Assembly: GCA_964016885.1 (NCBI GenBank)
Contig: CAXHJY010001439.1
Location: 1 to 64,000, forward strand
Direction: 5' to 3'
Length of the DNA: 64,000 nt
Source: Eledone cirrhosa
Taxonomy: Eukaryota
Shown here: positions 52,230 through 64,000 of the stretch, one piece after another
Numbering within the stretch: the first letter of the stretch is position 1
How the letters are laid out: each line of letters starts with the position of its first letter
Program-made: the position numbers and the translations under genes
The notes under the pieces: model-generated
Told to the model about the DNA's origin: nothing
Database searches by the model: none
The model's input: only the letters and a program-made list of their open reading frames with translations

Positions 52230-54350
52230 TTCACCTTCTTTCTTTCTTTTTTACTTTATTTTCCTTCTTTTTTTCCTTCATCCTTTCTTTCTTTCCTTCT
52301 TTTTTTCCTCCATCCTTTTTTTCTTTCTTTCATTTTTTCTTTTTTTCCTACTTTCATTTTTTCTTTTTTTCCTACTTTTTCATCTTTTTCTTTCTTTTTT
52401 TACTTTCTTTTCCCTCGTTTTTTCTCTTTCTTTTCATCTTTTTCTTTTTTTTACTTTCTTTTCCTTTCTATTACTTTCTTTTCCTTTCTATCTTTCTTTT
52501 TTCTATCTTTTTTCTTCCTTTCTTTCCTCTTTTCTTTCCTTCTTTCTGTCTTTCACCATTGCGTTCTTTCCTTCTTTCTGTCTTTCATCATTGCGTTCTT
52601 TCCTTCTTTCTGTCTTTCATCATTGCGTTCTTTCCTTCTTTCAGTCTTTCATCATTGCGTTCTTTCTTTCTGGTTTTTCTTCCCTTCTTTCATTCTTGCA
52701 TTTCTTCATGTATTTCTTTTCTTCTATTTTTCCTCTCTAACCTACCTACCCCCTTTACCAACCCTCTCTACTCTACCTACCCCCTTTACCATCCCTCTCT
52801 ACCCTACCTACCCCCTTTACCAACCCTCTCTACTCTACCTACCCCCTTTACCATCCCTCTCTACTCTACCTATCCCCCTTTACCATCCCTCTCTACTCTA
52901 CCTACCCCCTTTATCATCCATCTCTACTCTACTCTACCTACCCCCCTTTACCACCCCTCTCTACTCTACCTACCCCCTTTACCATCCCTCTCTACTCTAC
53001 CTACCCCCCTTTACCATCCCTCTCTACTCTACCTACCCCCTTTATCATCCATCTCTACTCTACTCTACCTACCCCCTTTCACCACCCCTCTCTACTCTAC
53101 CTACCCCCCTTACCATCCCTCTCTACTCTACCTATCCCCCTTTATCATCCATCTCTACTCTACTCTACCTACCCCCTTTACCATCCCTCTCTACCCTACC
53201 TAGCCCCTTTATCATCCATCTCTACCCTACCCACCCCTTCACCCCCTCTCTACTCTACCTACCCCCTTTTTCATCCATCTCTACCCTACCTACCCCTCTT
53301 TACCCCCACTCTACTCTACCTACCCCCCTTTACCATCCCTCTCTACCCTACCTACCCCTCTTTACCATCCCTCTCTACTCGACCTACCCCCCTTTACCAT
53401 CCCTCTCTACTCTACCTACCCCCCTTTACCATCCCTCTACCCTACCTACCCCCCCTTTTCCATCCCTCCCTACTCTACCTACCCCATTTACCCCCTCTCT
53501 ACTCTACCTACGCCCCTTTTCCATCCATCTCTACCCCCCCCTTTTACCTCCCTCTCTACTCTACCTATCCCCCTTTACCATCCCTCTCTACCCTACCGAC
53601 CCCCTTTACCATCCCTCTCTACTCTACCTATCCCCCTTTACCATCCCTCTCTACTCTACCTACCCCCCTTTACCATCCCTCTCTACTCTACCTACCCTCC
53701 TTTACCATCCCTCTCTACTCTACCTACCCCCCTTTACCATCCCTCTCTACCCTACCTACCCCCCTTTACCATCCCTCTCTACTCTACCTACCCCCTTTTT
53801 CATCCATCTCTACCCTACCTACCCCCTTTACCCCCCTCTCTACTCTACCCCCCCCTTACCATCCCTCTCTACCCTACCTACCCCTCTTTACCATCCCTCT
53901 CTACTCGACCTACCCCCCTTTACCATCCCTCTACCCTACCTACCCCCCTTTTCCATCCCTCCCTACTCTACCTACCCCATTTACCCCCTCTCTACTCTAC
54001 CTACACCCCTTGTCCATCCATCTCTACCCTCCCCTTTACCTTCCTCTCTACTCTACCTACCCCCCTTTTCCATCCATCTCTACACTACCTACCCCCCTTT
54101 ACCCCTCTCTACTCTACCTACCTCCCTTTACCATCCATCTCTACCACTTCCCATCATATTTTATTCTTTATCAATATTTACCTGCTGCTTCATTTATACA
54201 GCTTCTTTTCATCTTATTTACTGTCGCTGATTTCTCTCTCTCTCTCCCTCTCTCTCTCTCCCCCTCTCTCTCTCCCCCTCTCTCTCTCCCCCTCTCTCTC
54301 TCCCCCTCTCTCTCTCTCCCCCTCTCTCTCTCCCCCTCTCTCTCTCTCTC
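52230..54350. repeat. Pyrimidine-rich tract and minisatellite of about 33 bp (CTCTACTCTACCTACCCCCTTTACCATCCCT)
   Basis: Visible directly in the sequence. Confidence 0.9.
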
Positions 54351-54436
54351 TGTCTGTCTTCCTGTTTGTCTATCATTCTACCAATATATATATTCCACCC
54401 CGCCCGTCCCTTCAATCTTTCTAATTTCTCATTCTT

Positions 54437-54472
54437 TCTTCTGACGAGGGACCAGCGTCCGAAGCGTTAAGA
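54437..54472 (+). ncRNA. PLE-type minimal hammerhead (GAAA changed to GAAG)
   Basis: TCTT-CTGACGA-GGGAC-CAGC-GTCC-GAAG-CG-TT-AAGA. Confidence 0.6.
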
Positions 54473-54553
54473 TCCGCTTCCTGCTATTTCAAGCGTTAGC
54501 CATATATATTTCTTCCATGTACTGTACCGATTGTGTTGTTATTTCTGTTTACC

Positions 54554-54628
<75 letters not shown>

Positions 54629-54794
54629 GGTGTAGTGGTGTATTATGTTTAGTTACTATTGGTCCATCAGCTTCACCATTCAATGCTAATCTGATTCCGT
54701 CTGCCGATGTTTGCTATGTCACCGTAGACGGTATCCTTAAGATTATATATATATATATATATGTAAGACCGTAGAGGTTTGTCATATATCAAAT

Positions 54795-55003
54795 GATATA
54801 TTTTATCTGACGAGGACGTACTGGAAAAAACAACAACACAGTACCTTTGAAATATATATAATAAAGCATATATTTTGATTATGTGAATATCTTCATTTGT
54901 TAATATTTTGAATAATATATATATATATATGCAAAAGTTCTATTTAAAATTGTTGGGATACAACAAGTAAATATTTTTATAACTGATATAAAGCACTCGA
55001 CAA
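54795..55003. mobile_element. Family C-related fragments with hammerhead at 54803-54861(+) and tail at 54931-55003(-)
   Basis: TTAT-CTGACGA-GG.CGTACTG..CAGTACC-TTT-GAAA-TATA-TA-TAA. Confidence 0.65.
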
Positions 55004-55099
55004 TATATATATATATTTGTGTGTGTTTGTGTGTGTGTATGTTTGCGTATGTTTGTGCTTGTATGTGAGAGAGAATATAGAAAACGAAAACGTGAGAAA

Positions 55100-55192
<93 letters not shown>

Positions 55193-55402
55193 CATTTATG
55201 TGTGTCTGCGTGTGTATATAGAATATAAATAAATATATATATATATATATTTAGTTGTTATATAGCAAGGTGTATTATTGGTTGTGTAAAACGGTCCAAT
55301 AACTTTATGTTAGCAATATTAAGTTCTCCAAGCTTTTGTATATCTCCAATTCCATTCAAGGGAACAGCTAGATGATGTAAGACGGAGTATTAGTTTCAAC
55401 AT

Positions 55403-55712
55403 GAAAATCCGAAGGCAAGGTAAAATTTCCAATCATTTTAATCACGACACATGTTTCAATAAGAGATAGATCGATCGTGAAGCCATGATCTTGACATAAG
55501 GGAGAAAATTAGCAATGTTCACTCACATGAGGGAATAAACTCTGTGAGGGAATATTGCTAATTTTCTCCCTCATATCAAGAATTTGAAGACAATTCATTT
55601 TCACATGACCAGATCAGTGATAATCGATCATGGCTTCGCGATCGATCTATCTCTTATTGAAACATGTCGGGATTAAAATGATTGGAAATGTTACCTTGCC
55701 TTCGGATTTTCA
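55403..55712. mobile_element. Nested fold-back element family I
   Basis: 55403-55490 is mirrored at 55627-55712 and encloses a second hairpin at 55489-55580. GAAA-CATG-TC at about 55659-55668. Confidence 0.6.
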
Positions 55713-55798
55713 TTTTGATATATATATATTTATATATTTCGGTGTGATATTGATGAATGTGTGAATATGTACTCAATACCCAAGTAGAGTTTAATAAT

Positions 55799-56397
55799 TG
55801 TTTCTACTTTAGGCACAAGGCCAGCAATTACCCAATGCATTACTGGTACTTTATTTTATCGACCCCGTAAGGATGAAAGGCAAAGCCAACCTCGGCGGGA
55901 TTTGAACTCAGATCGTAAAGGGACGTAACTATGCTGGAAAGCATGGCGTCCGACCCTCTACCGATACTGCTCATCCACCGAAGTAGAGTTTAATAATATT
56001 ATTTATTATGGCGGTGGATTGGCAGTATCGGTAGAGGGTCGGACGCCATGCTTTCCAGCATAGTTACGTCCCTTTACGATCTGAGTTCAAATCGCGCCGA
56101 GGTTGACTTTGCCTTTCATCCTTACGGGGTCGATAAAATAAAGTACCAGTAATGCACTGGGTAATTTGCTGGCCTTGTGCCTAAGGTAGAAACAATTATT
56201 TATTATGGCGGTGGATTGGCAGTATCGGTAGAGGGTCGGGACCATGCTTTGCAGCATAGAGTTACGGCCCTTGCCATTCTGAGTTCAAATCCCGTCGAGG
56301 TTAACTTTGCCTTTCATCTTTACGGTCGTCGATAAAATAAAGTACAAGTAATGTACTGGGTTATTGCTGGCCTTGTGCCTAAAGTAGAAACAATTAT
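55799..56397. mobile_element. Cluster of three full-length S1 SINEs: 55799-55980(-), 56010-56200(+), 56207-56397(+)
   Basis: A/B boxes in each copy. TSD AAGTAGAGTTTAATAAT at 55782 and 55981. ATTATTTATTATGGC at 55998, 56195 and 56393. Confidence 0.9.
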
Positions 56398-56456
56398 TTA
56401 TTATGGCTAAGTGGTGAGTCTTGTTACACTGGAGTTTTATATATATATATATATAT

Positions 56457-56870
56457 AACGAAGGAAATGTGGTAAGGAACCAAGTGGACCATAACGCACC
56501 AAAGTACTCAATACTTAGGGTAGTAGAGTGGGTAATAGGAACAAGTAAGACCCCGACGGCTGAGCTCAATCCGTTTCGACGGCTAATTCGGGACGGCTAA
56601 TTCAGTCCAGAATTAGCCGTCGAAACGGATTGAGCTCAGCCGTCGGGGTCTTACTTGTTCCTATATATATATATATATATAGGAACAAGTAAGACCCCGA
56701 CGGCTGAGCTCAAGCCGTTTCGACGGCTAATTCTGGACAGAATTAGCCGTCGAAACGGCTTGAGCTCAGCCGTCGGGGTCTTACTTGTTCCTATTACCCA
56801 CTCTACTACCCTAAGTATTGAGTACTTTGGTGCGTTATGGTCCACCTGGTTCCTTACCACTTTTCCTTCG

Positions 56871-56872
<2 letters not shown>
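56457..56872. mobile_element. Two family B fold-back copies in opposite orientation (56457-56662 minus; 56680-56872 plus)
   Basis: Each has a tail and arms; they are separated by about 20 bp of (TA)n. Confidence 0.85.
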
Positions 56873-56946
<74 letters not shown>

Positions 56947-57205
56947 GTGTGTGGTGTGTGTGTGCATGTGTGTCAACGGAAGCGATGTAATACAAATTAC
57001 TTCCGGTATATTAATCAGTCATTCTTAAAATATTCTTTTCTCTTATCTTTTTTTTCGTTTTTATGTATACATATTAATAGCGATATATATATATATATAT
57101 ACACACACACATACATGCATACATCTCTCTCTCTCTCTTTATATATATATATATATATACATATCTATCTATCTATCTCTCTCTCTCTTTATATATATAC
57201 ACATA

Positions 57206-57295
<90 letters not shown>

Positions 57296-57296
<1 letters not shown>

Positions 57297-58095
57297 TTCG
57301 TTTCTGAATTTGTTTAGCAAGATTCTTTATCTGAAAACGTGTGTTGAAACCGATATTGTTATACTTTGGGAGGGTCATGTTGCCAATAAGAAACACACTC
57401 CTTTGTTCTGTCCTACGCCATTTTGTTTCTGTGTGTGTGTTGTGTGCTCAGTCTGCGCATGCGCCACATCCGGGTGTCCGTGTGCGTTTATATTCGTTTA
57501 TTTGTTTGTTTATTTACATGTACAAGTTGGTTGTTTGTTCTATGTGCGTGTGTGTTTTCATTTTGTCCTTAATTGAACATAGAAATAAAAATAGAATCTA
57601 TACACAGAAAAGACGCAATGTTTAGACAAATCACAGAGGCAATAAACATAAAAGAATTACAACCAAAATTAAATAGAAAATATGAATGGAACAGCAACAT
57701 CACAACTTACAATTAAGGACAAAATGAAAACACACGCACTTAGAACAAACAACCAACATGTAACATGTAAATAAATAAATAAATAAACGAATATAAACAC
57801 ACACAGACACCCGGATGTGGCAGACTGAGCACACAACACACACACAGAAACAAAATCGCGTAGGACAGAACAAAGGAGAGGCACAAAAACAAAGAAAAGA
57901 ATCCCCAGTCACTGAAGAGGTCACAGAATGTGTGACAAAAGAACTTTGACAATATATAAACACTATCTGGTTGTGGAACCAACCAATCAACCGGAAATTT
58001 ATAAATTCCTAAATTTATAAATTTATTATAATAAATTGAAGTGAAAGCAACTGGTGCGTGTGTTTCTTATTGGCAACATGACCCTCCCAAAGTAT

Positions 58096-58100
<5 letters not shown>
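57296..58100 (-). mobile_element. PLE family A with an internally deleted tail-bearing arm and a longer inverted arm carrying the EN C-terminus
   Basis: 57576-57716(+) reads NIEIKIESIHRKDAMFRQITEAINIKELQPKLNRKYEWN. The hammerhead at 57908-57950 has GAAA changed to AAAA. Confidence 0.85.
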
Positions 58101-58132
<32 letters not shown>

Positions 58133-58174
58133 TATACATATATACATATATATATATATATGTATATATATATG

Positions 58175-58269
<95 letters not shown>

Positions 58270-58433
58270 GTACGGCAACACTCATCTTTTTCCATTTCTC
58301 CGAGGGTTATAAACCCCACTATCAGGCTAGAAATTTCTTTAGTCTAAAATACGGTGAAAGCTTATAATTTCTAATTTCTAACTCGCGCACCGTTTTAAAA
58401 ACATACTTACATGTTTACGTTTATAATTTGCTT

Positions 58434-59514
<1,081 letters not shown>

Positions 59515-59910
59515 GGTGGCTGCCAACTCGTTTTCGAGTACGGCCACTACTTTATATCCATGTAGGAGAACCCCTACTGATGCGCTGAACGAGTGACTTT
59601 TTAGTCCAGCCAGCGACTTGAAAACTCTGGTACAAAGACTACACTTGTGACAATTATTGACACATAGTGTTGGGCCCATGGTACCATGTGACGACAAGTG
59701 CAGAGAGATCTCCAGATATAAAGCAATGCCTGTGCCGTGAAGCTTTTATAGTGAGCAAAGGCACTGCACAAAGCCAGTCCCACTCTCTTAACCAAGATGA
59801 TATTTACCAAAAAGAAGAACAAGTCAACATCATTGGATACCATCAGGGTTGCAGGTGTTATATCAGAGTTTTCCTTCTCCTAGAATTCTGCCTTGACAAA
59901 GGCTAAGGGT
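59515..59910 (-). mobile_element. Degenerate LINE 3' fragment with a C2H2-type finger (possibly RTE)
   Basis: Minus strand [17 protein letters not shown] at about 59593-59645; the rest is frame-disrupted. Confidence 0.45.
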
Positions 59911-59928
59911 ACATATATATACATATAC

Positions 59929-59963
<35 letters not shown>

Positions 59964-60051
59964 ACTTTGAATAACTTTGAAATGTTTTGGCCAGTATTGG
60001 CCCAGGCCAAATTGTCTAACTTAATAGCACCACCTGGCGAAGTCTTTCAAT

Positions 60052-63000
60052 TCAGGATTTGGGCACCATGGCCCATTCGAGAAGAGAATTACTGTTTGCG
60101 GAGACATATCCGGGTGTGGGTGGTTTGTCCGGGATTACTTGGAGGAATTTGTCCAAAGACTTCTTGAATTTTGTGTGGTCAGTTTCTGTTTTGACGTGTC
60201 CTGGTGTGATGTTGAAGAGAGCAGGGCCGATTGAGGTGAAATAATTGTGCCGTATTGTTGTTATGAGTTGCGATTTAGATTTTTGAATGGGACGGATAGC
60301 ACGGGGCCCAAGCCTTGGGTGTATCTTGAAGGCGATGCCAACATCATTTGGGCAGTGATGATGGAACATTTTCCACATCATGCAGATAATATAACGCTCA
60401 CGGCGACGTTGGAGTGAGTAAAGTTTCAGGTTTTCTAATCGACCCCAGTAGTCAAGGTCTGACATGCCATCTATCTTTTTCGTGATTGCCCTTTGAGGAG
60501 CTTCAAGTTTCATGATACTTTGTTTCGTGTGGGGAGACCACAGTGGACAACAGTATTCAAGGTGTGGTCGGGCGAAAGTAGAGAAGAGAAGGATAATGGT
60601 GCGGGAATCTCTCGACTGGAAGGTTCTGAGGATCCAGGAACACATTCTGCGGGCCATGTCAACTTTGCTGCTTATATGCGTGGTCCAGCTTATGTTGCTG
60701 TCCACGGTTACTCCCAAGTCTCTGATGTTGTTAGATGCCACGAGAGTTTCCCCGGAGGGAAGGGAGTACGGGAGTTTCAGAGCATCCTCTTTTCCAAAGT
60801 GGATCAGTTCGAATTTGTCTTCGTTCAGTAACATGTTGTTCTTTTCTGCCCATTGGGTAACAGCCAGTAGGTCTGACTGAAGGCTTATCCGGTCATCCAC
60901 GCCATTGATGACCTTTTGGAGCTTGGAATCATCAGCGAAAATTTTAATGTTGCTGTGTTTGATGATGTCAGTGATGTCATTAATATAGATGATGAAGAGA
61001 AGTGGGCCCAACACAGTGCCTTGTGGGACCCCACTACTGACTTTGGCTGGGCTGGATTTGACTCCCTCAACTACAACATGTTGGGTTCTGTTTGACAGGA
61101 AGCTCTTGATCCACTGCAGCAGCTTTCCAGTGACACCAATATTGGACAGCTTTCTCAGTAGAATGTTATGATCAACCCTGTCAAAGGCCTTGCTGAAATC
61201 AAGGTAGATAACATCAGTGTTGGAACGCTCTCCCAAGGCTCTCAAAATGTCATCAAAGTGATGCAGTAGCTGCGTCAGGCAATCCCTTCCATTACGGAAT
61301 CCATGCTGGTTGGAGTTCAGCATATTGTTACTCTCAAGGAAGTGGGTCATTCGCGATCTCACCACTCGCTCAAATACCTTAATGATATGAGAGGTGAGTG
61401 AGATTGGACGGTAATTCACGGCAAGGGATTTGTTTCCCTTTTTGAAAACTGGGACAACAGACTGGGATAGAAGGTTTTCTGGCACATATCCAGCATCCAG
61501 TGAGTTCCGCCACAGATTGGCAAGAGGAGATGCAAGTTGGTGTTGACACGCCTTCAAGACACAAGCAGGGAACCTATCGGGACCTACTGCTGAATTATGC
61601 TTGATTTCCTTTATTGCCGCCAAGACATCAGGGGCGCCAAACGTTATGTCCGATAAGGTGTAATGGGGAGTAACATCGCCGATACAGCCCAGATCGGCCA
61701 TATCAGGATTGCTGAAAACAGAGCAGTATTGTTTCTGCAGTATCTCACCCATGGTTTTAGCATTGTCTTGAAGAGTGCCATTTTCATCAATTAGAGGGCC
61801 AACAGTAGAGCCAGTGATTTTGTGTTTTTTTGCAAATGAAAAGAACACTTTGGGATTGAGTTTGATCTTCTCAATGGCCCAGGCCTCTTCAGCTCTTCTC
61901 TGATTGTTGATGAGGGACATTATGTTGTTTTGGAGGTTATGTTTTTTAATCTCTAGTGATGAAATGGCAGTCAAGTTGATGTGTTGCTGCTGACAGTATT
62001 TCAGCTTGTTGATTTTTTTGTTCGTTCTCTTAATTTTTCTGATGAGCGTTTTTCTATTTCTAGGGATTCTGCTCTTAGATTTGTTTATAGTTCTTAATGG
62101 GGTGTGTTTAGCACATATGTTTGTAACAGTGTCCACAAATGTCTGCCAGGACTTTTTGATGTTAGTGGGTGTATGAGTGTGCGTGAAGGACCAGTCGACA
62201 TGTGCAAGATCATGACTGATCGCTTCCCAGTTTGCATTGTGGAAATCCATAGCGTCAAACGGATGGACAGGAGAGATGACATTGGGTTTGTATATTGGAC
62301 GGTGGAATCTCAGATCACAGAGAACCATGTCATGATCAGAGAGTAGAGTTTTCTCCACTGCAATATTGTGGATATTGTCAGTGTGATTGCTGAAAATTAA
62401 GTCTAGGACGTTTTTGTGGCACCTCGTTGGTTCGAGCACTAGTTGGGATAGGAAGAAATCATCCATGAAGTCAAGAAGCGATTCCACAGCTTCCCTGTCA
62501 GAGGTTGAGGCAGAAGAACCTGGTGGCAGGGTGTTTGTGGACCAGTCAACTCCGGGGAGGTTGAAGTCCCCCATCATTAAGATGTTGTCAGGGTGACACT
62601 CTTGGATGAAACACTTTATGCTGTTGAGGCATTCCTTGAAGCATGGTACAGGCGTTTGGGGTGGCCTATAGAGCCCAACTACTAATAGGTTGTTGGTTTG
62701 ACTGAATACAGTGACTGCCTCACAGTATCCATTAGTGAATATGTTCATAGCCTCTGTTGAGAAAGAATTATGGACATAAATGGCAGTTCCGCCCTTTCTT
62801 CTGCCAGCGCGATCAGCACGGATGGCTTTGAAATTTTTCACTTTCACCTCGGCTTCCAAGTGGAGGTTACTGAGATGGGTTTCAGTGAGGACGAAGAAAG
62901 GGATGTGGTTTGGATGGACATCAATCCAGTCCTCCAGGAATTTGATCTTCCATTTTTGAGTATTGGTGGAAGGGCTGATGCCTTGGGCGTTAAGCAAAAA

Positions 63001-63072
63001 TGTAGAGGCGAGAGTGGATGGTTTTAATTGTTTTGGTGTGTTGTTAATTTGTTTGTTTGTTAATGGCAGCAA
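60052..63072 (-). CDS. LINE ORF2: apurinic-like endonuclease + reverse transcriptase, uninterrupted 1006 aa (true start uncertain)
   Basis: APE motifs LNAQG, LTETH, GGTAIY, YRPP, GDFN, LDL, SDH. RT motifs NYRPISLTS, QHGFR, DFSKAFD, GVPQGTVLGPLLF, FADD, LGV. The C-terminal RPHLEYCCPLWSP and L.SLQRRR are CR1/L2-like. Confidence 0.95.
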   Translation of the reverse strand: MLPLTNKQINNTPKQLKPSTLASTFLLNAQGISPSTNTQKWKIKFLEDWIDVHPNHIPFFVLTETHLSNLHLEAEVKVKNFKAIRADRAGRRKGGTAIYVHNSFSTEAMNIFTNGYCEAVTVFSQTNNLLVVGLYRPPQTPVPCFKECLNSIKCFIQECHPDNILMMGDFNLPGVDWSTNTLPPGSSASTSDREAVESLLDFMDDFFLSQLVLEPTRCHKNVLDLIFSNHTDNIHNIAVEKTLLSDHDMVLCDLRFHRPIYKPNVISPVHPFDAMDFHNANWEAISHDLAHVDWSFTHTHTPTNIKKSWQTFVDTVTNICAKHTPLRTINKSKSRIPRNRKTLIRKIKRTNKKINKLKYCQQQHINLTAISSLEIKKHNLQNNIMSLINNQRRAEEAWAIEKIKLNPKVFFSFAKKHKITGSTVGPLIDENGTLQDNAKTMGEILQKQYCSVFSNPDMADLGCIGDVTPHYTLSDITFGAPDVLAAIKEIKHNSAVGPDRFPACVLKACQHQLASPLANLWRNSLDAGYVPENLLSQSVVPVFKKGNKSLAVNYRPISLTSHIIKVFERVVRSRMTHFLESNNMLNSNQHGFRNGRDCLTQLLHHFDDILRALGERSNTDVIYLDFSKAFDRVDHNILLRKLSNIGVTGKLLQWIKSFLSNRTQHVVVEGVKSSPAKVSSGVPQGTVLGPLLFIIYINDITDIIKHSNIKIFADDSKLQKVINGVDDRISLQSDLLAVTQWAEKNNMLLNEDKFELIHFGKEDALKLPYSLPSGETLVASNNIRDLGVTVDSNISWTTHISSKVDMARRMCSWILRTFQSRDSRTIILLFSTFARPHLEYCCPLWSPHTKQSIMKLEAPQRAITKKIDGMSDLDYWGRLENLKLYSLQRRRERYIICMMWKMFHHHCPNDVGIAFKIHPRLGPRAIRPIQKSKSQLITTIRHNYFTSIGPALFNITPGHVKTETDHTKFKKSLDKFLQVIPDKPPTPGYVSANSNSLLEWAMVPKS

Positions 63073-63824
63073 TGGGAGTTTGTGCAGTGGGGTGATAGTG
63101 GAGGGTGGTGCTGGGTGATAGCTCGAATGTTTTTTTCCAGTTCTTTTGCCAGATTCATTATGGCTAAAAAAGAGGAAGAAGTTTCCTGTTTAGAAGACTG
63201 TTGGTGACTGTGGTAGTGGTTATTTTTATGTAGGTTATGGTTTTTGTTTTTGCTTTTATTTTTAATTTTATTTTCATTTATCCGACGGGTCCCCGGGAGA
63301 TGGGTAAAGGGACAATCCCGGTCTAAACACAATCTGTCTCGCAGGGAAAAACGGCAGATTTGTGGATTCCTTGTTTGAGTTATTGGTGGTTGTGTTGGTG
63401 TTAAATTAGAGTATGTATTATGGTGGTGGCTGTTTGTGGGGATAGATCGTTTTGTCCTAGGTAAATGGGTGAATTTGCAGCCACTATCCGTACATATTCT
63501 ATAGCGTAGAGAGTAGCGGCAAATGATGGGGTTTCGAGTGGGTGGGTATGTGGGTGTGGGTGTTGTGAGAGGTGTAGATGATGGTTTGGGTAGGATTTGA
63601 CGACCTTTGTGGACTGTGGGAGGGAGAGTTCTTGTTCTGGTATTAGAAGGTAAATTCCTTGACATAGCAGTAGACAAAAATGTTGTAGTAGTAGTAGTAG
63701 TAGTAGGCAGAGATGTTGGCAGTGGTGATGATTGGACTGCTGGGCCAGAGAAAGGATGTGGCGTTTCATGCTGTGAGACAGAGGCTACTGGGGGGTCAAT
63801 AGTTTCATTTAGTAGATCGGCCAT
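63060..63824 (-). CDS. LINE ORF1 (C-terminal part) with two CCCH zinc fingers
   Basis: CRYSLRYRICTDSGCKFTH and CRFSLRDRLCLDRDCPFTH (C-x8-C-x4-C-x3-H), lying directly upstream of ORF2. Confidence 0.8.
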   Translation of the reverse strand: MADLLNETIDPPVASVSQHETPHPFSGPAVQSSPLPTSLPTTTTTTTTFLSTAMSRNLPSNTRTRTLPPTVHKGRQILPKPSSTPLTTPTPTYPPTRNPIICRYSLRYRICTDSGCKFTHLPRTKRSIPTNSHHHNTYSNLTPTQPPITQTRNPQICRFSLRDRLCLDRDCPFTHLPGTRRINENKIKNKSKNKNHNLHKNNHYHSHQQSSKQETSSSFLAIMNLAKELEKNIRAITQHHPPLSPHCTNSHCCH

Positions 63825-64000
63825 TGTTGATGAATCAAGGAGTGGTTCACACTGTTGTTGTCGTTGTTGTTGTTGTTGCTGTTGTTGATGTTGTTGTTGT
63901 AGCTGTTGTTGATGTTGTTGTTGTAGCTGTTATTGTTGTTGCTGTTGTAGCTGCTGTTGTTGTTGTTGCTGCTGCTGGACAGCATTCGAAGAGAAAACAC

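Larger units (their letters stand above)
59962..64000 (-). mobile_element. CR1-group LINE, near full length; 5' end beyond the window
   Basis: Two overlapping ORFs, a 3' UTR of about 90 nt, and a (TTCAAAGTTA)2 tandem tail abutting (TA)n. Confidence 0.9.

Noticed and set aside
60059-63888. Short plus-strand and alternative-frame ORFs over the LINE
   Set aside because: They are shadow frames of ORF1/ORF2 without recognisable motifs.

Overview
This is AT-rich, microsatellite-saturated eukaryotic DNA. The tRNA-derived SINEs resemble those I recall from octopod cephalopods, which is an inference. No host gene, rRNA, tRNA gene or CRISPR array is supportable, and almost all listed ORFs are translations of simple repeats. 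The window contains: (1) a CR1-group LINE on the minus strand (about 59962-64000) with an intact 1006-aa APE+RT ORF2 and a CCCH-finger ORF1; the ORFs overlap, ORF2 has no AUG upstream of its endonuclease domain, and two canonical -1 slippery heptamers lie in the overlap; (2) a dense community of Penelope-like elements (PLEs) in (TA)n tracts: two long RT/GIY-YIG copies with inverted 5' arms, three further coding remnants, and about 30 short fold-back or tail-only fragments from 10 or more families, carrying about 20 minimal type I hammerhead ribozyme motifs; (3) a YTGAGTRC-like tail motif shared by many otherwise unrelated PLE-type families, and a recurrent fold-back breakpoint in one family; (4) SINEs, RTE and Tx1/L1 3' fragments, and a hAT MITE with TSDs; (5) an 8.8-kb frame-preserving Thr-rich minisatellite. 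All alignments and counts were made by eye.
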